Assembly (NCBI GenBank): GCA_030647555.1
Contig: JAUSJG010000007.1
Coordinates: forward strand, 106,181 to 170,180
Reading direction: 5' to 3'
Source of the DNA: a bacterium
GTDB lineage: Bacteria; Patescibacteriota; Andersenbacteria; UBA10190; CAIZMI01
Length of the DNA stretch: 64,000 nucleotides
Numbering within the stretch: the first letter of the stretch is position 1; each line of letters begins with the position of its first letter. Positions 9,927 to 17,293 of this stretch are shown here, in pieces. A program made the translations under genes and the position numbers. A model generated the notes under the pieces. It was not told where the DNA came from, searched no databases, and saw nothing but the letters and a program-made list of their open reading frames with translations.

Positions 9927-10711
9927 GTTTGTGGTGTTTGTTGATTAATTAAAACGTTTATAGTGTTATGTACTTCTTCCGCAAAAGCTTGATAGGTTTG
10001 CGCGCCTTGTGAAGCATCATCATACTCAAATATATTTTTACCATAAGATGGCGCTTCTGCTAAGCGGATATTTCGAGGAATGACGGTATCAAAAACTTTC
10101 CCGGGAAAATGTTCACGCACTTCTTTAATTACATCGTGCGCCACTTTTACGCGCCGATCAAAAAGTGTTAACACCGCCCCAAGCACTTCCAAATCCGGAT
10201 GCAAATGTTCTTTTACCAATCCGATTGTTTGCAACAACTGCCCCAATCCTTCCAAGGCGTAATATTCGCACTGGACGGGGATCAAAACTTTCTCGGCGGC
10301 ACAGAGTGCGTTCATTGTTAAAACTCCCAAAGACGGCGGTGCGTCGACAATGATATATGAATAATGTTCTTTAAGCGGTGCCAAAATTTCTTTAAGACGA
10401 AACTCGCGATTGTCGACATTCATCAATTCTACGGAAGCACCGGCCAGATCAGCCGTGGCTGGCATAACGTGATAATTTTCTTGCGCCGTTTGTCTGATCG
10501 CGGATTCGTGCGACACTTCTCCACGTAATAATTCATATGTACCCGGCAAACGTTGCTCGTCCGCAATTCCCACCCCCGATGAAGCATTCCCTTGTGGATC
10601 AAGATCAACAAGCAAAGTAGGATGCCCCGCCCTAGCCAAACCTGCCCCAAGATTAACAGCCGTGGTCGTTTTCCCCACTCCACCCTTTTGATTGACGATT
10701 GAGATGATCAT
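9923..10711 (-). CDS. parA: Chromosome partitioning ATPase ParA/Soj
   Basis: Deviant Walker A KGGVGKTTTAVNLGAGLA, ParA/MinD fold length. Confidence 0.9.
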   Translation of the reverse strand: MIISIVNQKGGVGKTTTAVNLGAGLARAGHPTLLVDLDPQGNASSGVGIADEQRLPGTYELLRGEVSHESAIRQTAQENYHVMPATADLAGASVELMNVDNREFRLKEILAPLKEHYSYIIVDAPPSLGVLTMNALCAAEKVLIPVQCEYYALEGLGQLLQTIGLVKEHLHPDLEVLGAVLTLFDRRVKVAHDVIKEVREHFPGKVFDTVIPRNIRLAEAPSYGKNIFEYDDASQGAQTYQAFAEEVHNTINVLINQQTPQT

Positions 10712-11072
10712 GTGATGCTCTCATTGTATATCTACGAGAAAGAATAGGAAACATGCGGTTATTTTTCATTCAATGAACCCAGATTTTGAATGATGAATGA
10801 TGATTTATGAATACTGAACCGCGATATCGTAGGGGCGGACGTCCCCGTCCGCCCGCGTCAACAATATCCAGTTTCTAGTTTCCAAATTTGTACCGGAGGA
10901 GGGAGTCCTTTTTCACCCAAAATTTCCGCTCGCTTTGCTCGAAGGAAATTTTCGGCGAAAAAGCCGGGGTTACATAAACAACTAAAGCAGTTTAGTTGTT
11001 TATGTAACCCTTCGACTCCCACACAAGTTGATTATATATAAAAGTCCCCAAATGGGGACTTTTATATATAAG

Positions 11073-11155
11073 TACCGGAGGAGGGAGTCGAACCCACATG
11101 ACCGTAAGGTCACACGATTTTGAGTCGTGCGCGTAAACCATTCCGCCACTCCGGC
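11073..11155 (-). tRNA. tRNA-Leu (anticodon CAA), type II with long variable arm
   Basis: Rev-comp folds as acceptor GCCGGAG/CTCCGGT + discriminator A, D-arm with GG, anticodon stem CACGA/TCGTG with loop CTCAAAA, variable arm GACC-TTAC-GGTC, T-loop TTCGACT; CCA not encoded. Confidence 0.75.
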
Positions 11156-11236
11156 CCTTGAAATAGGTTAGCTTATATCACTATTAATTTCAACGCTGTA
11201 GGGGCAATTCACGAATTGCCCTCGCGTTGCGTTGCT

Positions 11237-12436
11237 TTACTCCGTTTCGAAAAATAAAATGTTCAAACTTCTTTTGGTCGGAACCAAAGCTAGCTCCGCA
11301 TGGCACCAGCGAAGAGGCTTGATATCGGGATGCCGTATAAGGGGAATTTTGGGTTCAAGATTTTTTATTAATGGAGTCCCTTCCCTTAATAATCGCAGAG
11401 TCTTTGTGCCACCTGCCAAATAAGTTTTAGGGATTAATACATTGTTTTCTTTAAGGTTTTGTTCATAGTTTGCATCGGGGTTAATTCCAAGCAAATAAGG
11501 CTTCAGTATTTGTAATTTTTTTTCATACTCATCAGTTCCTGGTCTAAGCAAATCTATTTCATTTTTTTCTTCATAGGGATCTTCAGCCATCTTTCTTGTG
11601 TCAGGATTACTCATTACGGAATCAATATATTCGTTCAAATTTTCACTTCTATTGCTGAATACAAACACAGGTGTTCTGAACCCGCTCCCCATCCACAGAT
11701 TTCGAGTTGTACACCAAATTTCAGATCGTGCAATTAAATCCCCAGGAAACTCTCCTGATAAATCGGCGGCCCGAGACCGTTCGCCACCAGTTTTATAAAT
11801 TTCTTCAACACCATCATCAGAGTTTTTATAAAAACGCAAAACACTATCATTAACATCCTCTGTTCGCCTGGGAAAAATTTCTTGAAAATACATTCCTTCA
11901 TCAATAAATTTCCTTACTCTTCTAGCGGGACCATCCCCCTTAGATGCTCGCGTGGTAATTAAGCCAATTTCCAAAGCATGAATCCAAGCACTGTCGTTTG
12001 GATATTCACCATCGGTTAGAAATGAATATACATCATCAAATTTTGAAACTGCTGAAAAGAAAGGAACTTTTTCTTGAAGCGCTTCTCCCTCTTTATTAAT
12101 TTGATAGATCTCTTCTTTTGTTTCGCCTGCTGGAACAAGAAACCCCTCCGGAAACGGCGGTAACATCTCTCTTCTGCGAATTCTCTTTACTCCCGTTTCT
12201 TCTTGGCGATGTTTTGGCAATTCAATCACTTTTTCGCGGTACCTGATGCCAAGATCTTTATTTTCAACTATTTCGCCCCATTTACCTGGTTTCCCTTCCG
12301 GTTCGACAAAATCAGCGGGCATTTCAACTTTTTCGATTGATTCCGATTTTGCCTGTCCTGATTCAGCTTCTGGCAATTGTTCCGGTTCCGGATTAAACCG
12401 CGGTGCTTGTTCGTTCATGTTTGAATTGTATATCAT
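11237..12436 (-). CDS. Hypothetical acidic protein (~400 aa)
   Basis: Long ORF without SD (like other native genes); 5' end of the longest ORF overlaps a 42-nt REP-like palindrome, so an internal ATG (12436 or 12418) is more plausible. Confidence 0.5.
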   Translation of the reverse strand: MIYNSNMNEQAPRFNPEPEQLPEAESGQAKSESIEKVEMPADFVEPEGKPGKWGEIVENKDLGIRYREKVIELPKHRQEETGVKRIRRREMLPPFPEGFLVPAGETKEEIYQINKEGEALQEKVPFFSAVSKFDDVYSFLTDGEYPNDSAWIHALEIGLITTRASKGDGPARRVRKFIDEGMYFQEIFPRRTEDVNDSVLRFYKNSDDGVEEIYKTGGERSRAADLSGEFPGDLIARSEIWCTTRNLWMGSGFRTPVFVFSNRSENLNEYIDSVMSNPDTRKMAEDPYEEKNEIDLLRPGTDEYEKKLQILKPYLLGINPDANYEQNLKENNVLIPKTYLAGGTKTLRLLREGTPLIKNLEPKIPLIRHPDIKPLRWCHAELALVPTKRSLNILFFETE

Positions 12437-12467
12437 GACTCTCAAATCGAGAACGACGAACCTTTGT

Positions 12468-12509
12468 CCGATCACGGAGCGGAGCAACCTTGCTCCGCTC
12501 CGTGATCGG
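12468..12509. repeat. Solo REP-like palindrome (20-bp arms) CCGATCACGGAGCGGAGCAA-CC-TTGCTCCGCTCCGTGATCGG
   Basis: Perfect inverted repeat read directly; same GGAGCAA/TTGCTCC core as palindromes flanking the RAYT gene. Confidence 0.8.
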
Positions 12510-12550
12510 TACTGGTTGTCACGCCCGCCTTTTTTCCCTACACTTCCCGT

Positions 12551-12697
12551 ATGCCCAGTAATACAACTTCCAATTACTGGATTAATTCCTAACTCTTGAA
12601 TGAATAAATATGCACAAATTGAACTTCTTAACCTTATCTTCCGCCAGTTTTGAACGAACCGCGTTCGTTCAAATTGGAAGTTGATATACTGGGTATG
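12551..12697 (+). promoter_or_regulatory. Conserved leader element copy 1 (upstream of ugd)
   Basis: Distal GCCCAGTAATACAACTTCCAATT, internal hairpin TTGAACGAA-CCGCG-TTCGTTCAA, proximal AATTGGAAGTTGATATACTGGGT-ATG. Confidence 0.6.
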
Positions 12698-14047
12698 CCT
12701 AAAAATTCTACAAAACGCGTCGCAAAAGAACCTAAGACAAAGAAAAAGCGCATCTCCATCATCGGGACGGGTTATGTTGGATTAGTGTCCGGTGCTTGTT
12801 TGGCCGAAATCGGCCATCACGTTATTTGCGTTGACCGGCACGAGGATAAAGTGGCAAAACTTAAAAAAGGAATCAGTCCGATTTTTGAACCGGGAATTGA
12901 AGAATTAATCGCCAAAAATATCAAAGCGAAACGTTTGGAATTTACAACCGATTTGCAGAGCGCGATAAAAAACACCGACGTAATTTTCATTGCCGTTAAT
13001 ACCCCGCCACGACCGGACGGAAAAGCGGACTTGTCTTTCGTTGCATATGCCGCACGCCAAATTGCCGAAGTTTCCACAGAGTACAAAGTTGTTGTCGACA
13101 AAAGCACCGTGCCCGTCCAAACCGGCGAAAAAGTTTTAGAAACGCTTCGTTCCTACAACCCGCACGGCATTGAATTCGATGTGGTAAGTAACCCGGAGTT
13201 CTTACGTGAAGGGACGGCCATTTATGATTTCTTAAACCCGGATCGTATCGTTATCGGTACCGAGAATGAACGCGCGGAAAAAATTATGCGTGAAATTTAT
13301 GCGCCAATCAAAGCGCCGTTTATCGCCACCGATATTAATTCAGCGGAATTAATTAAACATGCGTCGAACTCTTTCTTGGCCACAAAAATTTCTTTTGCCA
13401 ACGCTTTGGCCGCCATTTGCGAATTAACTAATGCCAATGTCGAAGAAGTCACTTACGGAATGGGTTTGGATAAACGCATTGGGCCCGCCTTCTTAAAGGC
13501 CGGCGTCGGTTATGGTGGCAGTTGTTTTCCCAAGGACGTTTCTGCGTTTGTGAAAATTGCCGAAGAAATCAACTATGATTTTGGCATTCTCAAGGCTGTT
13601 GAAAAAATAAACGAAGAAGCCAAACAGAGCTTTATCAAAAAAATCGAATCCGCGCTTTGGATTGTTAAAGGAAAGACAATCGCTATTTGGGGTCTCTCCT
13701 TCAAACCCAACACCGACGATATGCGTAGCGCGCCGGCTGTAACTGTCATTAATCACTTGCGTAGTGAAGGTGCAATTATCAAAGCTTATGATCCACAAGC
13801 AATGGAAAAAGCACATAATGTGCTCGGTGACGAAAACATCACGTATGTAAAATCCGCGATGGACGCAACAATCAACGCCGACGCGCTTGTCATTATTACC
13901 GATTGGGACGAGTTCAAAAAAGCCGATTTGGAAAAAGTTCGTGCTTCCCTGCACCAGCCATTAATCATCGATGGTCGCAACATGTTCGATCCGAAAGTAA
14001 TGGAAGAAAAAGGCTTCTTGTATCATTCGGTCGGACGAGGTAAATAA
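12695..14047 (+). CDS. ugd: UDP-glucose 6-dehydrogenase
   Basis: N-terminal NAD fold ISIIGTGYVGLVSGACLA, catalytic GGSCFPKD; start placed at ATG that terminates the conserved leader element (…GATATACTGGGTATG). Confidence 0.88.
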   Translation: MPKNSTKRVAKEPKTKKKRISIIGTGYVGLVSGACLAEIGHHVICVDRHEDKVAKLKKGISPIFEPGIEELIAKNIKAKRLEFTTDLQSAIKNTDVIFIAVNTPPRPDGKADLSFVAYAARQIAEVSTEYKVVVDKSTVPVQTGEKVLETLRSYNPHGIEFDVVSNPEFLREGTAIYDFLNPDRIVIGTENERAEKIMREIYAPIKAPFIATDINSAELIKHASNSFLATKISFANALAAICELTNANVEEVTYGMGLDKRIGPAFLKAGVGYGGSCFPKDVSAFVKIAEEINYDFGILKAVEKINEEAKQSFIKKIESALWIVKGKTIAIWGLSFKPNTDDMRSAPAVTVINHLRSEGAIIKAYDPQAMEKAHNVLGDENITYVKSAMDATINADALVIITDWDEFKKADLEKVRASLHQPLIIDGRNMFDPKVMEEKGFLYHSVGRGK

Positions 14048-14063
14048 TTACTAACCAGCTTAC

Positions 14064-14829
14064 CACCTACGAGGTGGAGCAACCTTGCTCCACCTCGTAG
14101 GTGGTGCAAGGCAATAAATTTATTCCAAACAAAGAGCCTTAATTTGTGCAAGCTCTTTTTGATAATTCGCTTGATCATTTGTAAATTTTTCGTATTGTTT
14201 TCCCGAAAACGGCATCAGCCCTGAATAATCGCAAACTGGAAATTTCACACTATCGCTTTTTACATACTCTAAAAATGAAGAATATGGCCAATCGGATGCT
14301 TTCTTGACTAATCCCGCGCTAACCGGATTCAAGTGGATATAGCGCGTTAAATGCAAAAAATGATTATCGTTGCTTACATTAACACTCTGAAAACGCCCTA
14401 CCCAAAGAGGCCCCTTTCGTTCAATTTTTGTATTAAAGTAACGAGCATAAGCATTAGAAACATCAGACAGATATTTTTCAATCCCGTGCTCTTTCAATTG
14501 TTTTACGACAAGATGAAAATGTGTCGGCATTAAGCCATAACAAATGACTTGAATGGATTTATCCTTATCCGCTAACACTCGGCTTATTTCTTCTTCAATA
14601 TTTTCTTTGTGAATTTTTACATCACGTAAAAATTGAGAGTATTTCTGTCGAACACCGGCATATGTGTAATACCTGATTAAATTTTTCATATGAAAAAAAT
14701 CGCCCTCCTTTTGAAATATTCTAAACCCCGCTATGCTTTTATTCATCACATGATAAATTTCACCATTTGCTAAAATATCTTTTCGCATAAAGTTATTATA
14801 ATCCCAAAATCATCTTTGCTCCACCTACG
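14064..14829. mobile_element. REPtron-like unit: RAYT gene bracketed by REP-like palindromes sharing the core GGAGCAA-NN-TTGCTCC
   Basis: Left 40-nt palindrome CACCTACGAGGTGGAGCAACCTTGCTCCACCTCGTAGGTG (14064-14103), right hairpin TTGCTCCACCTACGAGGTGGAGCA (14806-14829). Confidence 0.6.
14120..14788 (-). CDS. IS200/RAYT-type Y1 (HUH) transposase, COG1943-like
   Basis: HUH motif PTHFHLVV and C-terminal catalytic tyrosine context RYIHLNPVSAGLV...DWPYSSF typical of REP-associated tyrosine transposases; flanked by palindromes at 14064-14103 and 14806-14829. Confidence 0.75.
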   Translation of the reverse strand: MRKDILANGEIYHVMNKSIAGFRIFQKEGDFFHMKNLIRYYTYAGVRQKYSQFLRDVKIHKENIEEEISRVLADKDKSIQVICYGLMPTHFHLVVKQLKEHGIEKYLSDVSNAYARYFNTKIERKGPLWVGRFQSVNVSNDNHFLHLTRYIHLNPVSAGLVKKASDWPYSSFLEYVKSDSVKFPVCDYSGLMPFSGKQYEKFTNDQANYQKELAQIKALCLE

Positions 14830-14949
14830 AGGTGGAGCAGGTTGACAAAACCACCCCAAAACGCAACACTGCCCTGTTGCGTCAATGTTGACGTGACGGC
14901 TGTGCGCATACCACAGTCATGCACATTTCTACTTCAGGGAGACATCGCC

Positions 14950-15414
14950 ATGTCTACGTCCGCGCAAACCGGAAAAAAGCCTAACAATCTCACTATCCAG
15001 TGGTGGATAGCAACGCTCGCCGACTTCTTCTCGCAAGCAGTCGACTTCATCAAAAAGGGATCACGATCCCAAGAGATGATTAATGCTTTGCTTAAAGCAT
15101 TTCGACTCTTCAAAGAAGACAAACTCCAGTGTGTCCTAAGCAAGGATGAATGTTCGACCGACATTGATTTCTATTTGAAGGTTTTGCGTCCAGGAACTAT
15201 TTTCCAGCTGGAAAAAGCAGGAAATGAAATTCGAATTTGCGACGCAAACTATAAAACAATCTACTGGCCTGGTCACCGCGCATGGATATCGATTCCGAAC
15301 ATCGACAGCATGGATCGCCTCTGGGACCTCATCTTCGGAATAAATCAAATGACTGGTTCAGGTTTAAAACTGGCTGAACACCAGGGCAATGAAATTCAAT
15401 TACTGAAACGTTAG
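14950..15414 (+). CDS. Hypothetical protein
   Basis: ORF with GGGAGA SD 8 nt upstream of ATG at 14950; followed by strong rho-independent terminator. Confidence 0.5.
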   Translation: MSTSAQTGKKPNNLTIQWWIATLADFFSQAVDFIKKGSRSQEMINALLKAFRLFKEDKLQCVLSKDECSTDIDFYLKVLRPGTIFQLEKAGNEIRICDANYKTIYWPGHRAWISIPNIDSMDRLWDLIFGINQMTGSGLKLAEHQGNEIQLLKR

Positions 15415-15424
15415 CCCCCCCCCT

Positions 15425-15452
15425 CACCACCGCACCACGGTGGTTTTTTTAT
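15425..15452 (+). terminator. Rho-independent terminator
   Basis: CACCACCG-CACCA-CGGTGGT hairpin followed by TTTTTTT. Confidence 0.75.
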
Positions 15453-15463
15453 TCGTTTACGCT

Positions 15464-15580
15464 GTAGGGGCAATTCCAGCCGTCGCTACCCACTTCGCTC
15501 ACCCTCCGCATAAAGCTACGGAGTGACGCAGTAAAGCTTCGAGGGTTAAGAAAGCTATGGCCGGCAGGCATGAATTGCCC
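15464..15580. repeat. GTAGGGGCAATTC-bounded inverted-repeat element (long variant with internal insertion)
   Basis: GTAGGGGCAATTCCAGCCGTCGCT...AAAGCTATGGCCGGCAGGCATGAATTGCCC; short variants at 32368-32423, 11198-11223, 22535-22560, core only at 19381-19410. Confidence 0.65.
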
Positions 15581-15636
15581 ACATTTATTTTTTACACAAA
15601 TATATAAATCGAAAATATTCAACAAAAAAACAATGG

Positions 15637-15726
15637 TCAATAATTCCATATACTATATACCAAATACCATATACAAATCTAAATATAAGAATAGTTAGTA
15701 ATTTAGAGGAGTATTATAGGAAACTA
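15637..15726 (-). repeat. Post-stop conserved element, copy B (sense to nucleotidyltransferase gene; stop codon embedded)
   Basis: Same ~90-nt consensus, >85% identity to copy A/C. Confidence 0.7.
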
Positions 15727-16404
15727 CCGCCCTGACAAATATCTCTCTGCTTCCGCCACTTCTTCCAGTGTATTCGCCGGCAACCACAAATCCGTCAATT
15801 CCGGATAAAACTTTTTTCCTTGTTTTATTAAAACATTCACCATATCTGTTGCTTCATATTCACCGCGCGACGAACGAGGTGTTTCAATTTGCATAAATTC
15901 CGGCTGCAGTTTTGCCGCACCCACCCAGGATAAATCGGAAATAAATTCTTTGGGTTTTTCCACCATATCGCTGACCGTTCCGTCCTCATTTAATTTCAAC
16001 ACGCCAAATCTTTCCGGATGTTCCACACGTCGCGCCAAAAGTGCCCACTCGCGTTGCACCAGTTTTTGTAAACCGGTTGCGCCATAAATATCATCACCAT
16101 ACAAAAGCAGAAATGGTCGGTTAATTACAGATGCCGCACATTTCACCGCGTGTCCGGTTCCGAGTTGTTGCTCTTGCACAACATAGGAAATTTTCTTACC
16201 AAAAGCATTATCTCCGTACAATTGTTTAATCATCTCGCCTTTGTAACCAATCACAAAAACAACCTCGGTTACTTCCGGCGGAAGATTTTTTAATGTGTAT
16301 TCAACAACCGGTTTTCCACAAACCGGCACCAACGGTTTCGGCACTTCTTCCGTAATGGGACGCAAACGCTTTCCTAAGCCCCCCGCGAGAATAACAGCTT
16401 GCAT
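15724..16404 (-). CDS. Sugar-phosphate nucleotidyltransferase (glucose-1-phosphate thymidylyl/uridylyltransferase-like)
   Basis: N-terminal MQAVILAGGLGKRLRPIT...KPLVPVCGKP signature of NTP_transferase family. Confidence 0.75.
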   Translation of the reverse strand: MQAVILAGGLGKRLRPITEEVPKPLVPVCGKPVVEYTLKNLPPEVTEVVFVIGYKGEMIKQLYGDNAFGKKISYVVQEQQLGTGHAVKCAASVINRPFLLLYGDDIYGATGLQKLVQREWALLARRVEHPERFGVLKLNEDGTVSDMVEKPKEFISDLSWVGAAKLQPEFMQIETPRSSRGEYEATDMVNVLIKQGKKFYPELTDLWLPANTLEEVAEAERYLSGR

Positions 16405-16407
16405 GAA

Positions 16408-17118
16408 TTAAATTGTCGCCTGATTAGCGGTGCGTGCTTTCATAATATCGTTCGCCAAATCCAGTTGATCAGGATCGTTAACGGCCACCCAAAAACTTGT
16501 TTCAATCGCCTTACACTTGCGTCCGCGTTCGTTAATCAAAGCATTAACGATATCAGGCAATTCAATTTCTCCGCGCGTCGATGGTGGAACGGTCACATCA
16601 AAGAATTCTTGATCAAGCATATAACAGGCGCCAGCGGAAACATACGGCGAAACAAACTCTTTTGGTTTTTCCACCATTTTTTTGATGTAACCCTGCTCAT
16701 CTAAAACAAAAACACCAAAGTTTTGCCAGTCATCTCGCTTCATTGTAAGCGCAGCCATATCGGGCTCGGCAATCATTTTTTCCAGATCCGCTTTATTATA
16801 GATATCGTCTGGCGCGGTAATAATAAAACGACCCTTCACCAAATCCTTCGCCTGCTGGATCGCGTGACCCAAACCAAGTGGCGCCTCTTGGCGCACATAG
16901 GAAATTTTACGACCATCATGTTCACTGCCAAAATAGGCACGAATGTCATTTTCATAAGGCCCACCCACCACCAACACTAATTCGTCAATTGCTTCCGGCA
17001 AAGACTCAAGCATGTGCTCTACTAACGGTTTACCCAAAATTGGCAATAATTGTTTTGGACCCTGATATCTTTTGGCCATCCGACTACTTTTTCCAGCTAT
17101 AGGAAGAACAGCTTGCAT
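16408..17118 (-). CDS. Sugar-phosphate nucleotidyltransferase, tandem paralog
   Basis: MQAVLPIAGKSSRM...KQLLPILGKP; same fold as downstream neighbour. Confidence 0.7.
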   Translation of the reverse strand: MQAVLPIAGKSSRMAKRYQGPKQLLPILGKPLVEHMLESLPEAIDELVLVVGGPYENDIRAYFGSEHDGRKISYVRQEAPLGLGHAIQQAKDLVKGRFIITAPDDIYNKADLEKMIAEPDMAALTMKRDDWQNFGVFVLDEQGYIKKMVEKPKEFVSPYVSAGACYMLDQEFFDVTVPPSTRGEIELPDIVNALINERGRKCKAIETSFWVAVNDPDQLDLANDIMKARTANQATI

Positions 17119-17293
17119 AGTAACTACGTAAGGTTATTAGTAAAGATTGTCTCTATCAACATAATAGTGTTAAATTCAGTTTTTGTGAAATGTTTCAAAC
17201 CTTCAATTTTTAATTTGAAATTTCTAATTTTTAATCAATTTGTAATATATAAATTTGAAAATCGCGTAACTTATTAATTTCAAATTCGTAACA

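Noticed and set aside
11041-11062. Hairpin AAAGTCCCCA-AA-TGGGGACTTT as intrinsic terminator of tRNA-Leu
   Set aside because: It is followed by UAUAUAUA-type alternating AU on both strands rather than a U-run. It may still aid 3' processing but I do not call it a terminator.
12650-12694. Shared N-terminal peptide KLEVDILGM in the longest ugd and argS ORFs
   Set aside because: It is the in-frame translation of the conserved leader DNA (AAATTGGAAGTTGATATACTGGGTATG), not a protein motif. Real starts are the ATG ending the element.
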